From: an uncultured Bacteroidota bacterium
GTDB taxonomy: Bacteria; Bacteroidota; Ignavibacteria; UBA10030; UBA6906
Direction of reading: 5' to 3'
Assembly: GCA_963700635.1 (NCBI GenBank)
Contig: CAVOYH010000005.1
Span: 160,001 to 224,000 of the forward strand
Length of the DNA stretch: 64,000 bases
Below the pieces are notes generated by a model, which was given only the letters and a program-made list of their open reading frames with translations, made no database searches and was not told the DNA's origin. This document shows positions 29,231 to 38,594 of the stretch, piece after piece (positions within the stretch are counted from its first letter, which is position 1; each line of letters opens with the position of its first letter). A program made the position numbers and the translations under genes.

Positions 29231-30235
29231 ATGGTGACAATCTATCAGTTCCTGAGTGGCGAAATCCGAAAACTTACGATCAAAGAGTTACGGCAGGCCA
29301 TGCAGGACAAAGACGGCATCCTCTGGGTGGATATGGAAGACCCGATGGAGGCGGAGGAGGAGACCCTTCTGGTGTCGATGTGCGATTTTCACCCGCTCGC
29401 CATTGAAGACTGCCAGCGGGGGAGTGATGAAGACGAAGGGCATCTCCCCAAGGTCGAGGATTACGGGGATTACATCTTTGTCATCTTTAACCCGGTGGAG
29501 GGAGTACAGGCCGACGACGGCACAGAGGCGATGTCCCGGCTGGAGATCCGCACCTCCCAGCTGAGCGCATTCCTTACAAACCGGATGGTCCTGACCCACC
29601 ACTACAAACCGCTCCGGTCCATCAACCATGCCGCGCAGCTGTGCGCAAAAAATCCTCAGATCCTCGGCCGCGGACCCGATTTTCTTTTTCATATGATCAT
29701 CGATGATATCGTCGATAATTACACGCCCATTATGGACAACCTCGATGATGCGGTGGATCAGATGGAGGAAGAAGTTTTCCACGAACCGACCCAGACGACG
29801 ATGATGCGGATTCTGCAGCTCAAGCGGAACATCATGACCATCCGACGGGTTGCGGTGTACCAGCGCGAAATGCTCAACCGCCTCTCACGCGGCGAATTCG
29901 CATTGATCACCACGGACGAAATGTTCTACTATCGTAACGTGTATGACCACCTGGTCCGGATGACCGACCTGACGGATTCCTATCGGGATATGGTTTCGTC
30001 GCTCCTTGATGCGTATCTTTCCGTCACATCCAACCGGCTGAACCAGGTGATGAAAGTCCTGACCATCATCTCCACGATCTTTCTCCCCTTGAGCGTGATC
30101 ACGGGATTCTTCGGGATGAATTTTGCGTATCTCCCCATCGCCTCCTGGGAGCATGGTGTGCTCGTTACCTCCATTGGCATGCTTGTGGTGGCCGGCGGTA
30201 TGCTGATCTTCTTCCGGAAGAACAAGTGGATCTGA
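29231..30235 (+). CDS. corA: Magnesium/cobalt transporter CorA
   Basis: 'FHPLAIED', 'PKVEDY', 'MKVLT', 'GFFGMNF' and two C-terminal TM helices. Confidence 0.92.
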   Translation: MVTIYQFLSGEIRKLTIKELRQAMQDKDGILWVDMEDPMEAEEETLLVSMCDFHPLAIEDCQRGSDEDEGHLPKVEDYGDYIFVIFNPVEGVQADDGTEAMSRLEIRTSQLSAFLTNRMVLTHHYKPLRSINHAAQLCAKNPQILGRGPDFLFHMIIDDIVDNYTPIMDNLDDAVDQMEEEVFHEPTQTTMMRILQLKRNIMTIRRVAVYQREMLNRLSRGEFALITTDEMFYYRNVYDHLVRMTDLTDSYRDMVSSLLDAYLSVTSNRLNQVMKVLTIISTIFLPLSVITGFFGMNFAYLPIASWEHGVLVTSIGMLVVAGGMLIFFRKNKWI

Positions 30236-31281
30236 CCACCCGACATTCCCTTCGTTCCGCCAGCATCGGGCGCATTCTGATCGTCAAGCTGCGGGCGGTG
30301 GGTGACGTTGTGCTTTCGACCATCGTGCTTCAGAATCTCCGTCAGGCATTCCCGGAGGCGCAGCTCGATGTGCTCACGGAAAGTGCCAGCGCCGATATCG
30401 TACGGGCCCATCCGGCGGTTTCCTCGACCCTCGTGTATGACCGGAGCACGATGTCAGGCCTGGATCTTATCCGCCTGGTCCGGAAACGCCGTTATGATGT
30501 CGTGTTCGATCTGTTCGGCAACCCGCGGACGGCGCTGCTGACCCGGCTCAGCGGTGCCCGCGACAGGGTCGGCTATCGTTTCCGCGGACGGTCATACGCC
30601 TATACGGTTGTCGTCAACCCGCGGGGAGGGACGGTACACAACACACAATTTAACCTCGACGCGCTTGAGGCAGTCGGGATTCCGGTCACGGACCGGTCCA
30701 TCCGCCTGCATCCGTCCAAAGCTGACCGGCAGGTGGTTGATCAGTTCCTGCAGGCATCCGGCCTGCAGGGGAAGACCCTCGTGGGTGTTAACATCGGGGG
30801 GGGATGGTACACAAAACGCTGGTCGGTTGAGAATTTTGCTGCATTGGCTGATCGGATTGCCAGGCAGTATGGCTGGTCTATCGTGCTTCCCTGGGGTCCG
30901 GGTCAGCTGGGCGACGTTCAGGAGCTCCGTCGCGTCATGCACGAACCGGCTCTTGTGCCGCCGGCGACCACGTTGCTGCAGCTTGCGGCGCTCTTCGAGC
31001 GGTGTATGTATGTCGTCAGCAATGATTCCGGGCCGATGCACATTGCCGCAGCGTCCGGTTCACGAGTCCTCGGGATTTACGGACCAACGCGCCCCGAATT
31101 GCAGGGACCATACGGCGCCGGCAACCGGACGATCCGCCGTGAGGGACTGGATTGCCTGGGGTGTAACCTTACACAGTGTACGATTGGAAACATCTGTATG
31201 ACGGAACTCACTGTCGACATGGTGTTTGATGCCTTCCGCCAGCTTGTTCATGTATCACCACAAACGGTTACCGCAGGATGA
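30226..31281 (+). CDS. GT9 family glycosyltransferase (LPS heptosyltransferase-like)
   Basis: 'ILIVKLRAVGDVV', 'KRW', 'NDSGPMHIAAA', 'YGPT'. Confidence 0.9.
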   Translation: MDLTTRHSLRSASIGRILIVKLRAVGDVVLSTIVLQNLRQAFPEAQLDVLTESASADIVRAHPAVSSTLVYDRSTMSGLDLIRLVRKRRYDVVFDLFGNPRTALLTRLSGARDRVGYRFRGRSYAYTVVVNPRGGTVHNTQFNLDALEAVGIPVTDRSIRLHPSKADRQVVDQFLQASGLQGKTLVGVNIGGGWYTKRWSVENFAALADRIARQYGWSIVLPWGPGQLGDVQELRRVMHEPALVPPATTLLQLAALFERCMYVVSNDSGPMHIAAASGSRVLGIYGPTRPELQGPYGAGNRTIRREGLDCLGCNLTQCTIGNICMTELTVDMVFDAFRQLVHVSPQTVTAG

Positions 31282-32423
31282 CGCCTTTGCCCGCTATACC
31301 TGAATGTAAGCACTTCAACGGCTACAAGCCCTGTTTTCCCGGGATCAACTGTCTGGACAAGTGTGCGGAGCACGAACCGATCGGCACAAAGGTGTTGATT
31401 GTGAACCTCGATGCCATGGGAAACGTGCTTGTCACCACGAGCATCCTGCCTGCGCTCAAACGTAAGTTCCCGCAAAGCTCCATCTTCTGGATTACCATGA
31501 AGAATGCGGCACCGCTGCTCCAGCATAACCCATACCTTGACCGGGTGTATCTGTGGGAGCCCGAGCAGTGGCTCATCCTGCAGCAGATGACATTTGACGT
31601 GGTGCTTAATGTTGATAAATCCCGGCGGTCATGCGCCTTCACAATGAGTCTGCGCGCCAATCAAAAAATGGGATTCGGGTTGAATGACAACGGCGTCATC
31701 ATCCCCCTCAATCCGGAGGCCGAAGAAAATTACCGGCTCGGACTGGACGATCATCGTAAGTTCAAGGTGAATCAGAAGACTGTGCCGCAGTTGCAGTGCG
31801 AACAATTTGTGTTGAACTACCGGAGGGATCCCTACACGCTCATCCTGTCCGATGAGGAACAACACTATTGCAGGGAATACCGGCAGGAACATGGCCTGGA
31901 CACCGGCGACCTTGTTGTCGGTTTTAATACCGGGTGCTCCGAACTGTTCCCGAACAAGAAGATGACGGTGGAGCAGCACGTCGCGCTTATCGAGTCGCTC
32001 CACACCTTGCCCGGCATGCGGCTTGTGCTGGTGGGGGGTCCTGAAGACACCGTCCGCAATGCCGAGATTGTACGCCGTGTGGGATCCAAAGTGCTCAGCA
32101 CTCCCACAACCGAGGGGGTACGCCGCGGGCTCTGCTACATCCAGTGCTGTGACCTTGTGATCACAGGCGACTCGTTCGGCATGCACGCCGCCATCGGCCT
32201 CGGGAAGGAGATTATTGTATGGTTCGGTCTGAGTTGCTGGACGGAGATCGACCTTTTTGACCGGGGCACGAAGCTGATTCCGGAGGGTCTCTACTGCGCC
32301 CCCTGCTGGAAGAGGGTCTGTCCGTACGATCTCGAGTGTATTCAGATGATCGACCTTGACGGGATCGTTCGGCGCGTCCGTGCGTTTGGAGAAGAGCGGC
32401 GCACGGTGCAGGCACCTGCATGA
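31278..32423 (+). CDS. GT9 family glycosyltransferase with N-terminal Cys motif
   Basis: 'CKHFNGYKPC', 'LDAMGNVL', 'GDSFGMHAAIG', 'CAPCWKRVC'. Confidence 0.88.
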   Translation: MTPLPAIPECKHFNGYKPCFPGINCLDKCAEHEPIGTKVLIVNLDAMGNVLVTTSILPALKRKFPQSSIFWITMKNAAPLLQHNPYLDRVYLWEPEQWLILQQMTFDVVLNVDKSRRSCAFTMSLRANQKMGFGLNDNGVIIPLNPEAEENYRLGLDDHRKFKVNQKTVPQLQCEQFVLNYRRDPYTLILSDEEQHYCREYRQEHGLDTGDLVVGFNTGCSELFPNKKMTVEQHVALIESLHTLPGMRLVLVGGPEDTVRNAEIVRRVGSKVLSTPTTEGVRRGLCYIQCCDLVITGDSFGMHAAIGLGKEIIVWFGLSCWTEIDLFDRGTKLIPEGLYCAPCWKRVCPYDLECIQMIDLDGIVRRVRAFGEERRTVQAPA

Positions 32424-33532
32424 GGGACGTCCGTTCCATGCAGCACATTCCGGCATCCCGCCGCGGTGCCGGCATGCAGAACAGTGCGGTTGAGTTCCAC
32501 CTCCCGCGACTCTTCCGCGGCAACGGTATGCAGAACAGTGCGGCTGAGTCCTACCTCCCGCGACTCTTCCGCGGCACCGGCATGCAGAACAGTGCGGTTG
32601 AGTTCCACCTCCCGCGACTCTTCCGCGGCAACGGTATGCCAGACAATACGCCGGGCTTCTCCCACCCGCGGGTCCGCGCGGGCTCCATGTGTGTCATTGC
32701 AGCCCTGTTCCTTTTTGCCGGATTGCTTCAGGCCCAGGACACCCTGCGCCTCACTCCGGCTCCACAGGTCTCCGCCGTCTCGCAGACGCGCCGGACGATT
32801 GCCACCGCCGCGGTGGGGGGGATCCTTGCGGGTTCGATGGTCGGGGCGTACTTCGACTGGTGGAAAGACGCGCGCGACCCGTTTCGTTTTAAGGACGACG
32901 GACTGTTCAACAACTACTCGCTTGGCGTTGACAAGATCGGGCACGCGTACACGTCGTATTTCTACTTCAACACGTTCCGGAATATTTTGATGTGGGGGGG
33001 ATACGATGAGAAGAGTTCACTCTGGTGGTCAGCTGGTGCGGCAGTGTTTTTCGCGGTCTCAATTGAGATCGGAGACGGGTTTACGGACTTCGGGTTCTCC
33101 GGATGGGATCTGGCCTTTAATATGGCCGGTCTGGGATACGGGATGCTGCAAACCGCAGTACCGTTTCTACAGAACTTCAAACTAAAATGGAGTTATGTGC
33201 CGCAGGATGGTTACCGCTGGCCGCCGAAGTTCACGGACCATTATGATGCCCACACGTACTGGCTGGCGTGTAACGTGCATCAACTTCTCCCCGAACCACT
33301 CCGCGGATACTGGCCGGAGTTCATCCAGCTGGCGATCGGATACGGGGTGGATGACCGTCAGACCAGGCGGAAAGCCCTGATTGGCTTTGATCTGAATCTT
33401 ACGGTCTTCCGGGCAGAACAACCGGAGCTCCGGTTGCTGGAACAGACGGTGGACCTGTTTCATGTTCCGATGCCCGGGGTAAAATTCACAGAAGGGAAAA
33501 AGCCAAAATACTCCCTCATCCAATGGAACTGA
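32420..33532 (+). CDS. DUF2279 / YfiM-like exported or membrane protein; true start uncertain (32420, a repeat ATG, 32636 or 32687)
   Basis: 'DKIGHAYTSY', 'IEIGDGF...GFSGWDLAFNMAG', 'KWSY', 'DHYDAHTYW', 'LAIGYG'. Confidence 0.75.
   Translation: MRDVRSMQHIPASRRGAGMQNSAVEFHLPRLFRGNGMQNSAAESYLPRLFRGTGMQNSAVEFHLPRLFRGNGMPDNTPGFSHPRVRAGSMCVIAALFLFAGLLQAQDTLRLTPAPQVSAVSQTRRTIATAAVGGILAGSMVGAYFDWWKDARDPFRFKDDGLFNNYSLGVDKIGHAYTSYFYFNTFRNILMWGGYDEKSSLWWSAGAAVFFAVSIEIGDGFTDFGFSGWDLAFNMAGLGYGMLQTAVPFLQNFKLKWSYVPQDGYRWPPKFTDHYDAHTYWLACNVHQLLPEPLRGYWPEFIQLAIGYGVDDRQTRRKALIGFDLNLTVFRAEQPELRLLEQTVDLFHVPMPGVKFTEGKKPKYSLIQWN
32461..32639. repeat. 54-bp tandem repeat, about 3.3 copies (18-aa unit RGxGMQNSAxExxLPRLF)
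   Basis: Units start at 32461, 32515 and 32569, with a partial one at 32623: ccgcggYRccggYatgcagaacagtgcggYtgagtYcYacctcccgcgactctt (approximate consensus). Confidence 0.95.
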
Positions 33533-33571
33533 ACCGGCAGGCAGCAGGTCTGCCCGCCGGTCGTGTGGTCC

Positions 33572-34519
33572 TCAGGCCTTTTCTTTCCCCTTTGATGTCT
33601 CGCTAAACACTTTGGACACCGCCGCCACCATACCGGCGACATCGGCGAGGTTTGAGGGAAGAATCATAGTGTTGTTGGTCTTCGCCAGTTTTCCGAATTC
33701 CCCGAGGTATTGTTCGGCGATCCGCAGGTTCACGGCATCCATCCCGCCCCGTTCATTGATGGCTGTTGCGATTTCCCGGATTCCTTTGGCGGTGGCGAGT
33801 GCGACACGTTCGATTTCGGCGGCACGTCCTTCGGCCTCATTGATACGTTTCATCTTCTCGCCTTCGGATTTCGCTATCGCTTCCTGTTTGTCGCCTTCAG
33901 CGCGGTTGATCTTGGCCTGTTTGTCTCCCTCCGATTCCGCAATCAGCGCCCGTTTCTCGCGCTCCGCGCGCATCTGTTTTTCCATCGCGTCTTTGATGCT
34001 CGGGGGAGGGACAATGTTCTTGATCTCATAGCGGGTGACCTTCATCCCCCATGGCTCGGAGGCTTTGTCAACCGCCGCCACAATCTCGCCGTTGACCTTT
34101 TCCCGCTCCTCGAATGTCTTGTCCAATTCAATCTTCCCGATTTCACTGCGCATGGTAGTTTGCGCAAGCTGGATGGATCCAAAGGCGTAGTCGTTGATAC
34201 CGTACGAGGATTTGACGGGATCGACGATCTGAAAATACAGAATGCCGTCCACTTCCACCTGAATATTATCTTTTGTGATACATGCCTGGGAAGGGACATC
34301 CATCGCCACTTCCTTCAGCGAGTGTTTATAGGCGATACGATCGATAAACGGCACGAGAATGTGGAACCCGGCTTCCAGGGTCCGGCTGTATTTCCCGAGG
34401 CGTTCGATGATAAAGACGGTCTTCTGGGGCACCACACGTGCCGTCTTGAGCAGGATGATAAAGGCAAGAAAAATGAGGCCTATGATAATCAGGGTCTCGA
34501 AAAGCATGGGGCGCTCCAT
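33572..34519 (-). CDS. SPFH/stomatin-like protein (QmcA/paraslipin type)
   Basis: 'IIERLGKY', 'ITKDN', 'LAQTTMRSEIG', 'WGMKVTRYEIK', 'QMRAEREKRA'. Confidence 0.92.
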   Translation of the reverse strand: MERPMLFETLIIIGLIFLAFIILLKTARVVPQKTVFIIERLGKYSRTLEAGFHILVPFIDRIAYKHSLKEVAMDVPSQACITKDNIQVEVDGILYFQIVDPVKSSYGINDYAFGSIQLAQTTMRSEIGKIELDKTFEEREKVNGEIVAAVDKASEPWGMKVTRYEIKNIVPPPSIKDAMEKQMRAEREKRALIAESEGDKQAKINRAEGDKQEAIAKSEGEKMKRINEAEGRAAEIERVALATAKGIREIATAINERGGMDAVNLRIAEQYLGEFGKLAKTNNTMILPSNLADVAGMVAAVSKVFSETSKGKEKA

Positions 34520-34530
34520 GGTAGCTCCTG

Positions 34531-34989
34531 TTATGAAAGGGGTTTAACCTTCAAGCGAAGATTGTTCTGCTCAATAATTTCGACGACCTGTCCCTGGGTG
34601 ATGGGAACGTCGGAGTCGGCGTTCCAGGATGTGCCGTGAAACTCCACCTTGCCGTTTTGCGCGTTCGGGACGATGGCGTTTATGGCTACTGCGCGCTGAC
34701 CGCGCACATCTTCCATCGAAGCAGTGGGATTCCATTCACGGGAGACTCTCCCCTCGAAATAGTTTTTCCCCTTCTTGCGGAAGAGGACAAGGGCGAGTAT
34801 CGAGCTCACCAGAAAAACCATAAGCTGGCCGTTAAATTCCGGCAGGATGCCGAGACCCACCAGAATGGCCGTCACCCACGCGCCAACGCCGAAGAAGATG
34901 ATAACCAATCCCGGCAGCGCAAGTTCAGACAGCAGGAGAATCAGGCCGACAAGAAACCAGAGGAGTTCGGCACTCGCATTATCAAACAT
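34531..34989 (-). CDS. NfeD-family membrane protein (partner of stomatin)
   Basis: Hydrophobic N-terminus 'WFLVGLILLLSELALPG', C-terminal OB-like 'GKVEFHGTSWNA'; directly upstream of the SPFH gene. Confidence 0.88.
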   Translation of the reverse strand: MFDNASAELLWFLVGLILLLSELALPGLVIIFFGVGAWVTAILVGLGILPEFNGQLMVFLVSSILALVLFRKKGKNYFEGRVSREWNPTASMEDVRGQRAVAINAIVPNAQNGKVEFHGTSWNADSDVPITQGQVVEIIEQNNLRLKVKPLS

Positions 34990-35034
34990 GGGGTGTCTTT
35001 CCTGAGTTGTGGGGTCGAGGGTAGAAGGTAAGAA

Positions 35035-35063
35035 AACCTACGGGGAACTTCGTTGAATGTCAA
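35035..35063 (-). promoter_or_regulatory. Probable sigma70 promoter of the nfeD-SPFH operon
   Basis: Minus strand TTGACA, 17 bp spacer, TAGGTT. Confidence 0.5.
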
Positions 35064-35122
35064 GATGCCGCGGAACAGTAAAACGCAGAGCATATGGTGA
35101 AGGCCGGCGTTTCCCGCATCCG

Positions 35123-36070
35123 TCAGAAACGTATGCCCAGGGCTATCGTGTGGCCACTGCCCAGTTCGCCCGCCAGGCGGCTGAACGCATAGTCGAAATG
35201 GAAGAGTCCGTACCGCACACCCCCACCAAGGCTCAAGCCACGCCCCTCAGAACCGGTCTGGTACCCTGCGCGGGCGGCAACAGTCTGCGCAAAGGAAACT
35301 TCGGCACCGACGGCTGCGAGTGTTTTCGCCTCGCGAAACAAATGCAGGACATCCGCTGCCAGGGTGAGATCAGCGTTCAAAGAGGGGACTGTGATCGGGT
35401 ACGCCACGCCGACCCGTGAGAGCAGGGGAAGCCGTGTTGATTCCGAGCGTAAGGCACTCATCGCGCCGATGTTTGCAAGAGTGATGCCGGCTTTCAGACC
35501 CTCGATCGGGGTGGTGTACAGCAGTCCGATGTCCCCCCCGACCCCGGATGCCTCGTCAACAAGAATCTGTTCGTACAAGAAACGGGCCGTTATTCCCACC
35601 TGTATGTCATCCCCTATGCGGCGTGCATAGGAGGCCCCCAGCGCAAGGTTGCGGGATGAAAAGGTCCCTTCCGCCTCGCCGGGACGCGTGCGTATTTCGA
35701 TATCCGATACCGAAGTGGTATTCAGGGAGAATCCGATACCGTGATCCTCGCCGAGACCAAAGGTGGCTCCGAGGAATTGTGTACGGGTGTCCTGGATCCA
35801 CTCTTTGTGCATGATCAGCACATCCGAGGTCCGGGTCGACTCCCGGTCCGGCACAATCCCGGCGGGATTGTAATATGTTGCGGCGGCACCCGAGGCGGAG
35901 GCCGCCATTGCGTCACCCATGGCCACGCCGCGCGCCGAGATACCGAGTTTCAGAAAGGCCATTCCCGACGCCCCACCTTCCGCCCTGGCATGATAGGTCG
36001 TGGAGAAGGCCAGCATGGCACCCATCATGGTGACACAGCAGGTCCGGCACAGCGTACGTTCTCTCTTCAC
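35123..36070 (-). CDS. PorV/PorQ-family (UPF0164) outer-membrane beta-barrel
   Basis: 'FLKLGISARGVAMGDA...YYNPAG', 'DYAF', C-terminal Phe. Confidence 0.85.
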   Translation of the reverse strand: MKRERTLCRTCCVTMMGAMLAFSTTYHARAEGGASGMAFLKLGISARGVAMGDAMAASASGAAATYYNPAGIVPDRESTRTSDVLIMHKEWIQDTRTQFLGATFGLGEDHGIGFSLNTTSVSDIEIRTRPGEAEGTFSSRNLALGASYARRIGDDIQVGITARFLYEQILVDEASGVGGDIGLLYTTPIEGLKAGITLANIGAMSALRSESTRLPLLSRVGVAYPITVPSLNADLTLAADVLHLFREAKTLAAVGAEVSFAQTVAARAGYQTGSEGRGLSLGGGVRYGLFHFDYAFSRLAGELGSGHTIALGIRF

Positions 36071-36083
36071 ACATATCTCCTGT

Positions 36084-37034
36084 TCAGAATGCCACCGACA
36101 GCGTGATCATGTGGAGTGCGGTGGGCGCAAAAGGTTCAAGTACAAACGCATAGTGCAAAGTCGGTGTCCATCCCTGGAGGGTCGTGCGGACCGTGAAGCC
36201 AACCGACGGCCGGACACCATTTCCGTCTTCCTTCAAGTCCACCCGGTCTATCCCTGCCCGCACGGCGAACTCCGGGATGAGCGGCACTTCAACGCCCGCC
36301 CGCATCACGATCGAAGACCGGTTGGACACCTCGACCTCTGCAGCAACAAGGGCAATGCTGTCAGGAAGCATGCAGGCGAGTGACGCCGTAGTGAGAATCG
36401 GGAATCGATCTTCGGAGGTCTGGCCGTTCTGGCCGAACAGCGGTGACGTGTCCCACTTGTAACGGGAATTGATATCTCTGACCGTGACTGCGGCAGTAAA
36501 CCCGCTTCCGATTCGATACAGCGCACCAATGTCAACCCCCACTGTGGTCGAGGATACATCGGTATAAAGCTGATAGTGGTAGAGCTTCAGTGTGACGCCA
36601 ATCTGTAACTCATGGGTGGGCCGGACAGCAAAACCGAAAAACACCTGATTCTCGGAGGTGCGGAGAGGACCGGTTTGCTGGCCGTCTCCGTCCCGCCCGT
36701 CAATCTCGGTCACGCCGGCGTTAATGAGTCCGATGGACAGGCCCGCTTTGGGAGGAAGCGCTTGCGTATATGAAAGGAAATTCAGGCGCCGGTCCAGACT
36801 CAGGATGCCAAAGGAGGCGGAAGCAACGCGGTACTCTGCTGATGGGAGGAGGGCAGGGTTATAATATGCCACGACATCACCATGTGTCACTGCCGACATT
36901 GCATTACCCATACTTATGCCACGCGCGCCAAACCCCAGCCGGCTGAATGCCCCGGGTTCGCCGCCGACCTGCGCCCGTGACGTCGCAGGAGCGAGAAGGA
37001 TGCCCAGAGAGAGCCAGAGGACTATCTGCTTCAT
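36084..37034 (-). CDS. Second PorV/PorQ-family outer-membrane beta-barrel
   Basis: Signal peptide; 'LGFGARGISMGNA...YYNPA'; C-terminal Phe; ATGA overlap with the upstream gene. Confidence 0.8.
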   Translation of the reverse strand: MKQIVLWLSLGILLAPATSRAQVGGEPGAFSRLGFGARGISMGNAMSAVTHGDVVAYYNPALLPSAEYRVASASFGILSLDRRLNFLSYTQALPPKAGLSIGLINAGVTEIDGRDGDGQQTGPLRTSENQVFFGFAVRPTHELQIGVTLKLYHYQLYTDVSSTTVGVDIGALYRIGSGFTAAVTVRDINSRYKWDTSPLFGQNGQTSEDRFPILTTASLACMLPDSIALVAAEVEVSNRSSIVMRAGVEVPLIPEFAVRAGIDRVDLKEDGNGVRPSVGFTVRTTLQGWTPTLHYAFVLEPFAPTALHMITLSVAF

Positions 37035-38587
37035 TGCAGCACCATAATCTTTCCCCACATCGGTTCGCCGTCGTCAAGGGTAATACGATAGAAGTAGACA
37101 CCGTTTTTTACCACTGAGCCTGCGTCCGTTCTGCCGTCCCACCGTTCATCATGCTCGCCGGTTCCTGACCGTTTTGCGTCCCGCACGACGGTACGCATCC
37201 GGTTCATCCCGAAATCAAACACTTCGAGAGTGACCGACGTCTGGGTACGCTCGGTTGCGTAGTGAATCCGGATTGTCTCGAACCGTGGTGAGAACGGATT
37301 TGGATAGGCGTACGTAGAGGAACGTGACGGGAGGGGTTCAAAGGCGCGGAGGATTTCCCACGCAGAGCCGAACGGCTGGGAAGGGGAGTCAACAGTCTTG
37401 ACAAGCCCCTCCGAACTGCCGCAATAGACGGTATCACCCATTACAGCGACGGAAAAGAACCGGTTGGAAGTGATACGTTCGCGTGTCGCGCCATCAATAA
37501 TGTCTCCGGAACGTTGCCAGCTGGCGCCGGCGTCTGCGGTGCGAAACATCCCTGACTCGGTCGCGACGTACACGGCCGGGCCGTTGAAGGCAAAGTCGTA
37601 CGCCTTGATGCCATTCAAAAAGTTCTTCCAGGTCCGGCCGCCGTCGTCCGTCATGGAAACACCGTATTCCTGGCCAGCCCCCTCTGCGGGCCAGTTTGTG
37701 GTCCAGACACGGGTCCGTGTCCCAAGGCGCTGACCGGCAATGGCGATCACCCAGTCGCTCAGAATGTGTTCCACCTGATTGCCACGCGTAAACTTGACCC
37801 AGCTGCTGCCGCCATCCACTGATTTGTTGATACCTCCGGCCGTCCCGGCCCATATGGTATCCTTATCCTGGGGGTACACCGCAAAGCCAAGGTAGTTGTT
37901 GTCCTGCCGCGGATCGATCGTATAGTTGACAAGCGTGTCAGTCGGCGCGATGGAGGAAAGCAGCTTTGAAGGAAGCACGATCCGTTGCCAGGTTGCGCCC
38001 AGGTCTGTGGATTTTCGAATCCCGCTCGACCAGCTCGCGATCCACACCGTCCGGTCTCCCAATGAAACATCAAACGTGACGTTTTGTTCATTGACGACGA
38101 TGGGCAGAAACTTGACCGTATTACTTCCGTACTGTGCGATGCTATCATCACGGGCGTCCAGCGTCTGTTGGCGGCTGTTCCACGTGCCGCCTGCGTCCGT
38201 GGAATACGTGTATCCGCTGCCTGTCTGTACCGACTGACCGTCCACATCTTTTGTGTACCCGGTGGATGTCCACACCGAATCGCCGCGGAGATCGATGGCG
38301 AAGATACCCTGTGTGGCGAATTGTGGTACCGCACCATAACTTTCCCAGGTGCGGCCTGCATCCGTGCTTCGGGCAAGTCCTTTGCTTGTTCCGATCCAGA
38401 GGACGGAGCCCTGGGCCGTGATGTGGGAGACGCTGTTGCTGGGAATGGTGGAGAGAATCTGGCCCGTCAGACCTTCGAGTGTATAGGTATGCAGAAACTT
38501 TGCCTGGGCGAAGACCATGGGTCCCGTGAGGCCCGCCAGAACAACGCCGGCCAGAACAAAAACGGATATGATAACACGACGGTTCAT
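37031..38587 (-). CDS. Secreted BNR/Asp-box beta-propeller protein with T9SS/FlgD-Ig C-terminal domain
   Basis: Repeated 'STDxGxTW'; C-terminal 'YAYPNPFSP...WDGRTDAG...NGVYFYRI'. Confidence 0.82.
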   Translation of the reverse strand: MNRRVIISVFVLAGVVLAGLTGPMVFAQAKFLHTYTLEGLTGQILSTIPSNSVSHITAQGSVLWIGTSKGLARSTDAGRTWESYGAVPQFATQGIFAIDLRGDSVWTSTGYTKDVDGQSVQTGSGYTYSTDAGGTWNSRQQTLDARDDSIAQYGSNTVKFLPIVVNEQNVTFDVSLGDRTVWIASWSSGIRKSTDLGATWQRIVLPSKLLSSIAPTDTLVNYTIDPRQDNNYLGFAVYPQDKDTIWAGTAGGINKSVDGGSSWVKFTRGNQVEHILSDWVIAIAGQRLGTRTRVWTTNWPAEGAGQEYGVSMTDDGGRTWKNFLNGIKAYDFAFNGPAVYVATESGMFRTADAGASWQRSGDIIDGATRERITSNRFFSVAVMGDTVYCGSSEGLVKTVDSPSQPFGSAWEILRAFEPLPSRSSTYAYPNPFSPRFETIRIHYATERTQTSVTLEVFDFGMNRMRTVVRDAKRSGTGEHDERWDGRTDAGSVVKNGVYFYRITLDDGEPMWGKIMVLQ

Positions 38588-38594
38588 GCGGACA

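Noticed and set aside
32461-32639. Possible CRISPR array
   Set aside because: Units are contiguous and near-identical over their whole length, with no unique spacers and no cas operon in the window
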